In this document: one piece after another, positions 40,073-53,444 of the stretch | Layout: every line of letters begins with the position of its first letter | How positions within the stretch are numbered: position 1 is the stretch's first letter | Source of the DNA: Octopus vulgaris | Taxonomy: Eukaryota | Length of the DNA: 64,000 bases | Direction: 5' to 3' | Assembly: GCA_951406725.2 (NCBI GenBank) | Contig: OX597828.1 | Location: forward strand, 2,480,001-2,544,000 | Made by a program: the position numbers and the translations under genes | Notes under the pieces: generated by a model | What the model saw: the letters and a program-made list of their open reading frames with translations, nothing else | Told to the model about the DNA's origin: nothing | Database searches by the model: none

Positions 40073-41683
40073 GAGTTCGTAAAAACTATCATTGCCAACC
40101 TTAAACTAAATTATTAATTTTGGCATCAAAATTGAATATTTTAACAAATTCAGGATTTATAAAATTGAAATTTCTGACAAATTCAAAATTCTTTGCCTTT
40201 TCCTGAGAATCAGAGTCATAGATTCTGATATGTTAGATATGACTAAATTTGTAAAAATTAACAATTCTGATAATTCTTCAGTTATTTAAATTGATAATTC
40301 TGGTAAATCCGGGGTCATCAGAATTCTCAATTTTAACATAACTGCAGTCATCGAAATTATATATTTTATTTGTTCCAGTTCCAGTAAAATTTTCAAATCT
40401 GATATGATAAAATACTGATTCTGATCGATTTCGTGCCTATCAGAATTTAAATTTCTTTAGCGTGCAAGTCATCAAAGCAATCAATTCTGTTATTTCTTGG
40501 GCCACCAGGATTGAACATTTTGGCAGAACCGGGGTTATCAGAAATTACAACCTAGAATGCCACGTCTCATCAGAATTTTGCAATTCAAAAACATTCCACT
40601 AAATCAATAAGTTATCAGATCCAGCGGCGAAGGGTGACTAGGAAACTAGGGCAGTCTGCCCCACCCGCCCACAGAGGTTGCGGTGTGGGGGATTTTTGAG
40701 TGTTTCGCTGTCCCCTGTTTTCCGTGAAAAGTGTAGTATTATATATGCTTTGAGTTATGGGGAGCCTGAAAATGAAAATAGTTTCCCCTTACGATGCGCC
40801 ATTGTGAAGTAGTTAGTAAGACACGAGAAACATAAAACTTTGGAAATCATTTTCCAACAATTTCATCCAGTAGAGGCTATTCACGTCGTCGACTTTGAGA
40901 AAAAGTCGAAATTCTTTTTAATGTTTGGAAGAAACTTCGACATTCACGAACCCTTGAAGCTGATTGAGAGAGTACCAAATCAAGTGAATGTGTACAGCAA
41001 TGTAAGTAATGCAGCATTTCTCTCTTTACTGACATCGACTTCTTCCCTAAACCTTTCTTGAAGCCTTTCCTTTTCATCAAAAAATCGCAAAACGTGTGAC
41101 AGTTAAGATTTCATCGAAGATCTGTAGTCTCAGCAAACACAACAGCAACAAATGCTGTTTTTTTTTCAATCATTAACTTAATTACACCTCCACTTGTAAC
41201 AGCTATACAATTAAATGATTTCGTTTTGAATATCACTTCAAAACTAAGAAAATGTGTTCTTAGTTTGACAAACTAACAGACATGAGAAACAGAAAAATTT
41301 GTTCAGAATGGGTCACGTCGTCATTTATTCAGACTATTCCAAGTAACGATGACGTTCCTTGCTGTCCACCTCGGTTTTGATTTTCAGTTTAAGCTTTGGT
41401 TTCTCTTTTTCCGAGAATGATAATATTCTTGTTACCTGTTTCAAAGTTGGGGAAAGTAGAGAGAAAACTGAACTAGTTGACCCTTTTGCCATCCTTGGGG
41501 TGACTAAGAGTATGAGAAATTCTATTGAGTTATAATCTTTTAAAATGAATCGAAGCTTTATGCTAATACACGATTTAAATGCATGTTGGCATTTTTACGT
41601 AAACTTTCTGAAATAACTTTAAATATTTAAAATTAAATTTAAAGCACTGGCATGAACGAATGGATGCAAACTTAACTTTTTAA

Positions 41684-41724
<41 letters not shown>

Positions 41725-41829
41725 CTGCCGATTTCTTCTTTTCGCTCTATGTGTGAAATAGTCAAGAAAACTCTGGGGTCACATGACTGAATTCGGGTTT
41801 TAAGAAGGGATCAATGTGTGTGTGTGTGT

Positions 41830-42033
41830 GTGACCCCTTCACCAATGCTTGACAACCGGCGTTGGTGTATTTACGTTCCCGTAACATAGCAGTTCGGCAC
41901 GAGAGCCCAGAAGAATAAGCACCAGGCTTTATAAAATGTACTGGGATAGATTCATTGGACTAAAAATTATTGAAGGTGGTGCCCAGCATGGCCACAATCT
42001 ACTGATTGAAACAAGTAGAAGATAAAAGATAAA
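41830..42033 (+). mobile_element. SINE family 1, 3' half
   Basis: gcttgacaaccggcgttggtg...cccagcatggccacaatctactgattgaaacaagta. Confidence 0.8.
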
Positions 42034-43572
42034 ATGTGTAATCTTCGGTACCGAATAATTGTATAAAATATATTAGAAAGCAATGAAACAAACTTGTAAA
42101 TTCACTAAATATGCATTTCTCGTCTAATCTGTCCGACTATGAAGAAAGCCTCAGGAATCCTCTGAATAGGCAAATTTTTGATTTCTGCTGCCCAAGACAG
42201 TTAAAAACATCAGAAAACATTTTGATAACGTGTCTGCTGGTTTAACACGGTTGGAAGGCAAGCAGTAAAATATCTGCTTTCTCTGTCTTTCTTAACCACT
42301 CACTCATTTTTTTTCATTTGTCCCTCTTTTTGACGCTCCCTTCTCAAAAATAATAGAATACAAAGAAAATAACATCACTGCTCTTACTATGACTGAAACC
42401 AAGCAGTAAAAAATTTGCTTCCCTTTCCTTTTGTTTCTATTGACCACTTTATACTAAGAAATGAATGAATGCGAAATACAAGTAAATATGACTACAATGA
42501 ATCTAGTGAAAATGATCAATAATCAATTATATATTACACCAAAATTATTTATCGTGGAAAAATAGTAAGGTATGCAGTGCATGAGTTGCATACATAGACC
42601 CTTCGCCCATGGTCAGATCCACTCATGACTTCTCAAAAATTTTTAATTCTGAAATGTCTACTTTCATGAAATTTATCGATTTATAAGTATTCTTAGATAT
42701 ATACACTTTAATATATCATTAAAAATTATCTATTTTGAAAGAGCTGCGCAAAGTTGTAAGTGGTGATATGTTTAAGTTGTCTGTAATATCCAATAATTCC
42801 AGAGTGCACAGTTATATAAACTAAGAACTTTTGGAATAACTGTTGTCCTCATTTCGCTAACTTCAGTGGCCTAAACATTTTACACGCCCAACGCCATCAG
42901 AATTGTTACTTTTGACAGGTCCAGGAGTTCAGAACCAATAATTCTGATAGGTCTGTGATTATTAAAAGTCCTGAATTCTTAAAGTATGGCGTCATTAAAA
43001 TTGAGAAAATGGCTTTATAGGGATTATCAAAATTGTTCGTTAAGACATGAACATTTCACATATATTCGAGAATAAATTATTGATTCCAACAAGAATTAGG
43101 TAAAGGATATTGAAATTTATAATACATTTAAACACCACATGCTTATTATTTCTTACAAGCTGGGCAATGAAAATTGATTGAATCGATATGATCTTTTGTT
43201 AAAACTGAAATCGTCAAAATAATTTCGCAATTGAATAAGAAATTAAAATTTTGTATTGACCAGACTTTGCAAAATTATAAATTCTTTTGTGTATTATGTC
43301 AATTTTCGCACTTGCGGTTATAAGCATTTACAATATCAAAATTAGAATCCAGAATATTCCTGTGTGAAGAGACGAAAGAAATTAGTTATCAATACACTGA
43401 CTTTATATGAGTAAGCGGGCAGCTGGAGACAGTTTTATAAACACACAAACACGTGTTTAATCGATAATATATACGAGTAAATAGGCATTTAATCCATTGG
43501 AAGCGTGTTTTTGTTTAATTGAAACTCCATGTTATGGTTGTATAAGTTACTAACTGCTCGCTTATAATACAC

Positions 43573-43604
<32 letters not shown>

Positions 43605-43784
43605 GGGCGCACACACGTGTATTCATGCACAAATCTGTGCCTGTATAAAGTACGGATATTGGTGGCTGTCTCTTCTTTTGAAAGAGAACAGGGAGCAATT
43701 AGAACGTAGGACAAAACGCCTCGTAGTAGTTTTTAAACCCCTTTACCTTTCTGAGTTGTTTATGACAGAGTTACTACCTCGGTC

Positions 43785-43925
43785 GGCGTAGCGGTTCGGC
43801 AAAAGCTAATGATGGAATAAGTACCAGGCTGTTAGAAATTATTACTGGGGTCGATTTATCCAACTAAAACCCTTAAAGGTGACGCCCCAGGATGGCCGTA
43901 GTCCGATGACTAAGCGATAAGAGAG
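43785..43925 (+). mobile_element. SINE family 1, 3' fragment
   Basis: agcggttcggcaaaag...actggggtcgattt...ccaggatggccgtagtccgatgact. Confidence 0.75.
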
Positions 43926-44097
43926 ATAGAATTTTGATAACTCACAGTAGGATAAATGGAATAAACAAGAACTCCTTGAAGTCTTCAGTTGATCATTCTA
44001 CCTGCAGCCTGAATACACTTTATCATTGTTCACTGCCCTAGTAACTAACCCGTTCAGTGATTTATTATTTTTTTGATACACTATCGACACCAGGAGG

Positions 44098-44292
44098 TGG
44101 GCACAAGGCCAGCAATTTCGGAGCAAGTTGATTACAGCGATCTCATTGTTCAATTGGTGCTTATTTTACCGACCCCAGTGGATGAAAAGCAAAGTCGACC
44201 TTGGCGGAATTTGAGCCCGGAACGTGAAGTTGGGCAAAATGCCGCTAAGCATTTGTCCTGAGGTGCTGACGATTCTGCTAGCTCGCTGCCTT
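44098..44292 (-). mobile_element. SINE family 2, tail B
   Basis: ggcacaaggccagcaatttc...agctcgctgcc. Confidence 0.85.
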
Positions 44293-44624
44293 AAAGGTAA
44301 ATATAAGTATTAAAAGAATACAAATGCTAAGTGAGCTTTTAATGACTTCTTTTAACTTGATAGCATTTGAATATTTAATGTCAACATTGGTTTCTGCAAC
44401 TTAAGACGGTTTTCCAAATGGAGATCCGTTATTAAGGATCTTAAAGGCGTCTTAACGTGGCTTTGGTAGAAGGTGGCTACATAACAATAAGTGGCTGAGA
44501 AACAAGAAATCCTTCGTTGTGCATGTTGTTGTGGGCGGCAGTATTCATTCTATTGCATGTTTTCTATATTTAATGGAATCTTTCTTGCATCAAACAAACA
44601 CGTTGAAGTATTAGTTTTTTTAAT

Positions 44625-44827
44625 TTTGGTACAAGGCCAGCAAGTTCGGGGAAGAGGATAAGTTGATTACATCGACTCCAGTACGCAACTGGTACTTATT
44701 TTATCTACTCCAAAAGGGTGAAAAGTAAAGTCAGCCTCGGCGGAATCTGAATTCAGAACGTAAAGGCGGACGAAATGCTGCTAAGAATTCCATCCGGCGT
44801 GATAATGAGTCTACCAGTTTGCCGCCT
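44625..44827 (-). mobile_element. SINE family 2, tail B
   Basis: ttttggtacaaggccagc...ccagtttgccgcc. Confidence 0.85.
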
Positions 44828-45599
44828 AAACACGTAAAAATACTACTTTCACTTGTAGCTCCTTAGATTAGATGCAGCTAGTTTTAACTAGTTTTAACAT
44901 GAGATCATGTTTCTTAAAGCCAGTAAATCCATATTTTTTAGTTGATGTAATTGATTCATGTTACTCCTGTTAATATTTCATGTTAATATTTATCAAAAAA
45001 TTCCAATTTAGTTAGCTTTAAGAAATGTTTGGATTTTTTTGTCACATATCATATAATGATTACGTTTTACATTGAAAATAAAAAAAATTCATATGATTTT
45101 GATTTGATAAGGTCTTATAAAACTGAAAAGCGTTCCGAACCTAACATTGTCGTGTTTCATTGTCACCAATGAAGTTAACAAAAGACTTGTACGGATATTG
45201 TCACTTAAAATAAGGTTTAGCACAGATTTTACGAATGCAAAATACAATGAGATTATGTTTTTACTTCTGCAATAAATCCTTCTCACTTTGTTTTACACAC
45301 CATCTATATATATACTTCCAGATTCTCAAATACCAGGGCTTTTCGTTTTTCAAGCTTTAATAGTTTTTCAATCTTTAATAGTTCAAGTAAATTACATACG
45401 AAAAGCGTTCATCTGTTAAAATATGTCTAATCACTACTCTATTGTCTGCTGTTATCGTTGTGCCACAAGCTCAATTCCAAACAGTACAGCATTGTACAAC
45501 ATGCCGTTTGGAGTAGATTTTATCCAAGCAATTTTGCGGCAGCAGCCACGATTTCAAAAAGGTTAATCACCTGCGAAAGTGACGAGTTAGAAAAGTATA

Positions 45600-46640
45600 A
45601 CAAATTTTTTAAAGGGAAGGGAGCAAAACTGTGATTACCCCTCCCAATGAAACCACTCATAATGCACTACGGTGCACAGTCATTTAGAAGTCGTTTGTTG
45701 TAAAAAAAAAAAAAATTTTAATTCTGGACAATGCGAGTACGGAGGCGGTGGAGCTATGCCTCCGTTCAGTTTGGAATGATGTGGCATACATCACAAGAGG
45801 AGTGAAGTATGTTACAATAGAAGTCCGGTTTAAAACAGAAAACAAGGCGAAACAAGCGTCGACGACACCATTAAAAACGGCGGAGGTGATACTCTCACCT
45901 ACTTATCTTGGAAGTCGAACTTCCAAGATAAAGGTAGGAGACATCCCACCCTATGTAGACCTCGCAGGTGTGGTCTCCGTTCGTTCGGCCGTTACTTCCC
46001 GAGCTTACTACTTTGAGTGAACTACGACCTTGGATCAAGTGCAGACTAAAGTTGGGTGCTTGGCAAGCGGAGTGTTGTGAGGCACCCAAGCTTCTCTGTC
46101 ACACGGGCAACACCTGCGACGGCGGTTCCACCTCTTTCTATAGAGGGTTGGTAGACGTCCTGGGGGAGACTCTAGGCTTCGATGATGGTCAACTAGCCGG
46201 CCTGTTCCGAAGGATATTCGAGCAGGACCCTTGGATAACTTCCAAAGGTCCCTAGCCTGGCAGTGTTACCTAGGAGCCTTACCAGTTCTCGATAAACTCG
46301 CAAGGCACGTGCCTAAGATTCAAGCAGGTCAGAGAAACCGTTCTGCATGCAATTGTGCAATGCCCCAAAATTTCTGAGATGTAGGTTTAGGTTGAACATC
46401 TGTTGTCACGGTTGGGAAGAGTACAACTGTCTTCTGAGTCGATTGTAAAAATTGTTCCCCCTTCCTCTTTTAACAAAGAAGGCAAGGCTTGTTTTCTCGC
46501 TGTGGTCGCTGTAGCGAAAGAAGCGGCATAGAAGACTTGCGTGAAAGGAATCGTGACAAGCCAGCCTTGGACTGGTCCATTACCTCATGTACCACCTTAA
46601 GAGGAAAATAAGGGTGGAGAGAAAATGCCTGTCACCTGAT
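45600..46640 (+). mobile_element. Internally deleted L1/Tx1-like element: ORF1 N-terminus fused to ORF2 C-terminus
   Basis: ORF1-like VAYITRGVKYVTIEVRFKTE..PTYLGSRTSKIKVGDIPP runs at about 45968 into VWSPFVR..FYRGLV..LGETLG..LAWQCYLGALPV..ETVLHAIVQCP, matching the ORF2 ends of copies 1-3. Confidence 0.8.
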
Positions 46641-46809
46641 GTCTTGAGACACTTGTTTTTGCTGCCCTACGGCAGTTTTGTTAACGTCGTCCTCCTTGTT
46701 TGAAGCGGGAAGCGCGTTACTTGTGTCTTCATGATGTATGAAGATTTGAATTCTTCAGACGTAACGACGTCTGAAGAAGAATTACTAAGAAGTTTGGATA
46801 TTGCAGACC

Positions 46810-47405
46810 AGAATATGGAAAAAATGAAGATGAAAAAAAAGAAAGAATTTTGCAGCTGTGGTTGGTGAAACAAGAAGAGAGATTTGTTTTAAAAAGGTGG
46901 AGTTGAATAAGTACTGGGAAATCTTTCGAAGGGAGTGGAACGAAGTAAAAGTGATCCCCTCCTAGTGAAGTTACAAAGGACACGCAAAAAAGACAATAAT
47001 ATATAGAACGTATAGTCTGGATACAAAGAGAATGGAGATAGTGGCAAAACTATAAGTAGAGAAGGCTTTGACACCCATTTGCCAGGATGTCACCCACCTT
47101 GGCAGAGGGAGGAAATACGCAACTCTGGAGATGCGATTTGCATCCGAGGGGAAGGCCAGGCAACATTCGGTAGCCTCTCTGAAAACGGACGAGACGTGCT
47201 TCCAGGGTAAGGGTGGAAGAGAATACCTCTAGAGGTAGATGTCGCCTGGCTGATGGCTGCAATACTGCTGGATGTAGAAGAGAAGATAGAGATCCTCCAA
47301 GTAACGAGAACGCCACCGAATAATTGGCAAGGGCAGACCTTGGAGATAAACATCCAGGCTGCAACGGAGGACCTTGAAAGAATGGTCGACACCATAACGG
47401 TTGGC
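46810..47405 (+). pseudogene. L1/Tx1-like ORF1 fragment
   Basis: VEKALTPICQDVTHLGRGRKYATLEMRFASEGKARQHSVASLKTDE aligns with the 45748 ORF; frameshifted. Confidence 0.65.
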
Positions 47406-47702
47406 GAATAAAAACAAGGGGTAGATTAAAACCCCAGGGGGAACAACTTCACGATTATTATTATTACTGCTGCTAGTTATTCGACGGCTACAGCCACTCC
47501 TAAGAAAACAAGTCTTGACCATACTATTTAATTTACAAAAAACAGATAGTAGCAATTTGCGTCACAGTCAGTTCAACTTGTCATGCTACCAGAACTAACG
47601 GATATTATCACGTGTTCTTGCAGGAAAAAGGAAAGTAAACTATGAGTGTTAATCTTAATTTTAATTTTAATTTTATTAATAGCTCTTTTCTCTCTACATA
47701 TT

Positions 47703-47770
47703 CCATTTTAGTACATATTTTTGATAAGGTTTTTCAAAAGCCGAAACATGTAAAAGGAAAATTAAAATGT
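47703..47770 (+). ncRNA. Candidate minimal type I hammerhead with a U3-A8 core variant
   Basis: UUGAUAA at 47721-47727; stem II GGUUUU/AAAGCC; GAAA at 47743-47746; palindromic ACAUGU; GUA; stem I only UUU/AAA plus a distal helix CAUUUUAG/UUAAAAUG. Confidence 0.45.
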
Positions 47771-48039
47771 AGCTAATTTTAAGAAAGTAGCATTTTCGTT
47801 CTTGTTTTTCATAAATATCTACTTACTTCTGTGTTACCTCTACACATCTTTTCAAATATATATATATTTATATATATATGACACAGGCGCAGTCCCAGGA
47901 ATTTTTCGAAGGGAGGACATAAGTTCAGCAGGGAATACAATTCCAGGAGAAAAGGTCGTAATAACATTATTTAGAAGGGCGCACTTCATTTCTTGAGGGG
48001 ACACATGCCCCTCAACCTCCCCCTTGGGTCCACTTTGTG

Positions 48040-48132
48040 ACGGGCTTCTTTCAGTTTCTGTCTACCAAATTCACTCACAAGAGTTTAGTCGTCCAGCCGC
48101 AAGGTGCCACTGAAGTGGGACTGAACTTGGAG

Positions 48133-48135
<3 letters not shown>
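48040..48135 (-). mobile_element. SINE family 1, 5' fragment
   Basis: gacgggcttctttcagtttctgtctaccaaattcactcacaa...gtgggactgaac. Confidence 0.75.
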
Positions 48136-48173
<38 letters not shown>

Positions 48174-48234
48174 ATACAAGCACACATGCATGCATACACA
48201 CATACATACATACATACATACATACATACATACA

Positions 48235-48265
<31 letters not shown>

Positions 48266-48930
48266 GTAAGTACTCTGTACTCAGTATTTTTTATGGAGTA
48301 CATGAGTATTTGACTTTTGCAAGATAAAGATTGACAGTGACTTCGAAGTTTCTGGTTTGTTCGTCTTTCGCATCATATAGTTTTTGGCAAGTCGATTGCC
48401 AAAGACTAAGAATATACATAAATACATAAGAGCAGAAGAAAAGTATTTAAAAGTGCAGACAACAATATCTTACTGGTCAAGAATTATCCACTTCCTGATG
48501 ATGTTCCAATCGAACCCCAAATTACTGGATTAATGTTTCCCAACAAAAGGGCCTCAAAAAAGATACACTCTGTGTAAACTCGAAAAAGGTTGTGCATGGG
48601 TATGTTTCCTGTAAACTTAAGGGCAATATTAACATTCAATGGAAGTGTAACCTTTCTCGGACCTGGGACCATGACGTCACTTTACACTTGGAAGGTTGTG
48701 CTTTTGCATTCTAAGAACAAAGTGGTAGCCACAAAATACTTAATAAGCAAAAGAGACATTGACACCTTGAAACGCTATGTTTAAACGAGCATTTTGATTA
48801 TATCAAATTTCTGTGAAAGACATTTTAACTATTGCTGCCACTATAAATTTCACTAATACCTTATAGTGTTGCATGATGTCACTAAAACAATATACAAGGT
48901 CACTCGTACAAAAGGCTTTTGATAATTCTT

Positions 48931-49115
48931 TTATTCTTTTACTTGTTTCACCCATTTGACTGCAGCCATACAGTAGCTCCGCCTTAAAGGGGTTTAGTAG
49001 AAGAAATCGCCCCAGAACTTATTCTTTAAAAGCCTAGTACTTATTCTATCGGTCTCTTTTGCCGAACCGCTAGATTACGGGGACATAAACACACCAGTAT
49101 CGGTTGTCAAGTGAT
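48931..49115 (-). mobile_element. SINE family 1, 3' half
   Basis: cttttacttgtttca...gcctagtacttattctatcggtctcttttgccgaaccgc...ggttgtcaag. Confidence 0.85.
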
Positions 49116-49520
49116 GGCGCGCACGCGCGCACACACTCATTTTGATCCAAGAGAAATTAGTGGAAAATTCTCATTTAAACTTCTACAAATGATAAACGTA
49201 TCAGGATATCGTTACATAGGACAGAAAAGAAAATTTATGTACAACCGTAAAGGTCAACTTCTCCACCCAAATTATTAATTCCCATTTATACCTATAGTTA
49301 TTAGTGTAATCACTTATGTTATGTTAGTAACAAAATTATATTATGAACATAATTAGCTATGTTAGAAAATGTATAATTGGCAATCTCGAAACGATTTTTC
49401 TAAAGTTTAACGAGTAACTATTAACGGTTGTTGTTCCCGAAATTCCAGTGATGGAGCTTTTTTTTTCGTTTTTTTTGTTGTCATAATCTCCATCTTAAGA
49501 AAAAAATAAAAAATAATGTT

Positions 49521-49911
49521 TTCAAATTTTGGCACAGGACCAGCAGTTTTAAGGGGTAAATGAAGTCGACTGCATCGACTTCAGTGCAAGCTGCTACTTA
49601 TTTTATCGATTCCGAAAGGATGATTGGCAAAGTCGACCTCTGTAGAATTTAAAGTCAGAACGTCAAGACGGATGAAATACCTATTTCTTCACTACCCACA
49701 AGGGGCTAAACACAGAGAGGACAAACAAGGACAGATAAACGGATTAAGTCGATTATATCGACCACAGTGCGTAACTGGTACTTATTTAATCGATCCCGAA
49801 AGGATGAAAGGCAAAGTCGACCTCGGCGGAATTTGAACTCAGAACGTAACGGCAGACGAAATACGGCTATGCATTTCGCCCGGCGTGCTAACGTTTCTGC
49901 CAGCTCGCTAC
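49521..49911 (-). mobile_element. SINE family 2 chimera: young tail-A unit (49682-49911) joined to a headless, older tail-B unit (49521-49681)
   Basis: Junction GAAATA|GGTATTTC, the same register as at 21091. Confidence 0.85.
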
Positions 49912-50619
49912 CATAATATAGTATGTAATATAAATATATCTAATACATACATACACACACACACATACATACATACATACATACATACATACATACACAT
50001 ACATACATACACCTACCTACCTACCTACCTACCTACCTACCTACATACATACATACATACATACATACATACATACATACATACATACATACATACATAA
50101 ACACACACATGCACAAATGAAACAAGGATAACCACTGTTAGTAGCTGAGATCTGGTCGAGAAATACAACGTATGATGTTACCAACATGGCCCTTTGTAGA
50201 TACCCTCATACCAAGTGTATGACATATTACTGATAAGAGTGGAGAGAATGGAAAGGCATTCCAGAATGTTCCTATCAGTGTAACTTCGTTTCCTAACTGG
50301 CTTACTAATGTTGAGCTATATAATGCTGCCGCAAAACTCCAACTGTCTTTAACATCACTGGTACAAAATTACGCTGCTGCTACGGTATTCAGTGGATCCC
50401 GTAGATTGCGTGGTTCAGCATGGTTGCGTTGATGACATTAGGGGAAAATGCGCAATCCAAATATTTCCTGATAGCATCAATGCTGCTCGGCATCGCTTGA
50501 AGGTGCCGAAATCACTGTGATCTCCGGCTGGCTGCAGATGAACGAGAATCCCACAGTGTATCGGTGCGCGCGTGCGTGTTTCAGCGAGGAATCTACGAGA
50601 AAAATCGTCCATGTATTCT

Positions 50620-50845
50620 ATTCTTTTATTCTTTTACTTGTTTCACTCATTTGACTGCGGCCATAATGGAGCACCGCCTTTGATCGAACAAATCGACCCC
50701 AGGACTTATTCTTTGTAAGCTTAGTACTTATTCTTTCATTCTCTTTGCCGAACCGCTAAAATACGGAGACGTAAACACACCAACATCGGTTGTCAAGAGA
50801 CGGTGGGGGGACAAGCACACACACACGCACACACAAACACACACG

Positions 50846-50888
<43 letters not shown>

Positions 50889-51015
50889 CGGGCTTCTTTC
50901 AGTTTCCGTCTACCTAATCGACTCACACTGCTTTGATCAGCCCGAGGCTATAGTAAAAGACACTTGCCTAAGGTGCCGTGCAGTGGAATTGAACCCGGAA
51001 CCATGTGGTTGGGAA
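50620..51015 (-). mobile_element. CORE-type SINE family 1, near full length
   Basis: Reverse complement of head, CORE, TG tract and tail. Confidence 0.88.
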
Positions 51016-51179
51016 GTCTCTGGTATCTCTTCTTCCATATTTTACACTATTAAATATTATGCAAATGCTATTACTTGCATTAATGAAAGGCAGCAGGTAC
51101 TGAAATTGCCTACATTGATAACAGGTAAAAATGTTATTTATTTGCACTAAAACTTCGAGAGGTTGACAGCTGTGCAAGT

Positions 51180-51212
<33 letters not shown>

Positions 51213-51958
51213 GAGGTATATTTGAGTGAGTGTGCATGTATGCCTCTGCGTGTGTATCTATGTTTGTGTGTGCGCATATCTGTTTCTATCTATCTATCTA
51301 TCTATTTTTACAAAGATATATACATACATGCATACATATATACGCGCGCGCGTGTGTGTGTGTGCGTATGAGCACAGTACTTGCCTTTCTCTTAGTTATG
51401 AAGTTTCTGCACCCGGAAGAAGCCTGGTAAATCTGGGGTGGCGGGATACAGAAACAGGATATCAACATTTCATACCTTCTCCTTAACTTTCCAAAATCCA
51501 AGTCTCTTACAAACACGTGTATTCTTTCCTGAAAATTCAATATATTTTTCAACCATATTTAATGTGTTTCAATTAAATCTGTTAGACTTCTGGGAACAAT
51601 TTAGAACGTTGATTATTTATTTGATAAAAATGTAGGGGAAGTAACTCTTACATATTAGTATTGCACTGTACGGTGTTTTGGGGCACTTTGACATGTAATG
51701 AAAACTTTCATGATAAAGAAACAATTTTAGCCTTCCTATGAATAGTAAAAAAAGGTAAAGTAATTACACTATAGGGTTTTATCTCTCCATGAATTGAAAA
51801 AGTGACATCGATGTGACAGGTTTTCAGCCATCTTACTCTTTCATCTCTACCGAAGGGAAGATTATTAACATATAGCTATATTGATAAACTTAGACAATGA
51901 AAAACTGTGCATGTGCCGACAACTTACAATTTATCACATTCAATTTCGTTATATACAT

Positions 51959-51993
<35 letters not shown>

Positions 51994-53444
51994 CGCGTAA
52001 TTAATTCATTTCCAGTTTTAATTTGGAGTTGTTCCCCCTGTCTATATCTTCCGCTGTTTTCTATACGAGGTAATATTTTGCAATTTCTTTGGGAAGTGTT
52101 TTTTTTTTTTTTTCCTCCACTAGACAGTAGATAGGGACAGTGGGAATCTCGTTGATCCGTTCATGCGCGTCACTAATTAGATGAATAGGCATTTGGCTAC
52201 TAATGTGATGGCAAAAATTGGTGCGCACGAGTATTTTGATGTTTAGGTTTAACATTTGAGAGTATTCTGGTGATCGACAGTGGTCGAGTGTTGTGATGCG
52301 GACAGCGGTAATGCGATGATTACTGATATCGATATGAAGATTTTCTAAAAATGCTTGGCAGTCTGCATACAAAGGTAATATGTTTGCGTGATATTACTTC
52401 ACTTGTGTTTTATTGCACGTTAGAAAAGTGAAGATTTTGTCCCTCTTTTTTTTCTCTTTTTCTTTTTTCTGCTAGTTTAGAAATGTTGCTTCGAGTAACA
52501 GTTAACATAGATTAGTGCAGTGATTCTATGAATTCCTTGGCGTAATTTTGTCAAGCTCTGATGCTTTTGAGTTTGTACACTTTCACTTTGCTTGTCTGGT
52601 GTCTGAATGATGGAAGGGATCGAAGTCAAGGTCTAGGCAGGGGTTAAAGGTGGGGGGGCGATCGTCTGCCTGTCGTTTTTAGATATTTATTTTCGAAGAA
52701 TATTTGATAAAAACGAAAGCAAAAACAAAAGCTCTAAACAATAGTAATGACTATTCCACGGTTTTACAGCTATGATATATCTCGGACTAAATTATCTATT
52801 GTGCTCTCCCGTTTCAATGACCACATTAAATATTTTACTGATGTGTGGTCATGTTGTCTTGCGACAACAAGGTGCCACTTGCTGTTGAGTGTGGACATAT
52901 TGAGATTATTATTTTGGCATATTGTGTGACGCGGCCGTCGTATGGGATTCTCTAGGGTTCCGGGTACATTCTAGTCGAGACTGTCTTGTCTTCACTTTTG
53001 GTGATAAAATATTCAACACTATTTCTAGTATTATATGCTGGGTCTGTTGTTAATATTTTCCAATGCAAATTATAGTTAATTCTCCCATCGTTTAGTTCCC
53101 ATATATGATCGCTTAATCCTGTACTACTTCTCCTATTTCTATTTCTAAAAGTATATTTGTGTTGATTCAGCCTCTGTTTCATATTGTTTTTGGTCACTCC
53201 CATATATACCTTACTATCAGATTGTGTACTTACTACACATTGATACACTACTTCCTTTCTAATGCAGTTATTATTGAATACACAATTACTGCTGATTCTA
53301 AAATTATATGTTTTAAGTACTTGTGTGGAGTTTATATTATTGGGGGTGATAGTCATTACATTATTAATACTGTGGTTATTGTTTATACCAATAATGTTAT
53401 TGTTGTTGTTATTATTGTGATTATTAGTAATATTATTATCATTC

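Noticed and set aside
39348-40117. Long ORFs of 139-236 aa (YIYI/CVCV), and similar ORFs at 7.3, 28, 32.6, 48, 58.5, 60.5 and 62 kb
   Set aside because: Translations of (AT)n/(AC)n microsatellites, which lack stop codons; no protein content.
40622-40804. Possible MITEs here and at 8526-8659, 34138-34348 and 47883-48035
   Set aside because: TIR-like ends are too degenerate and no TSD is visible.
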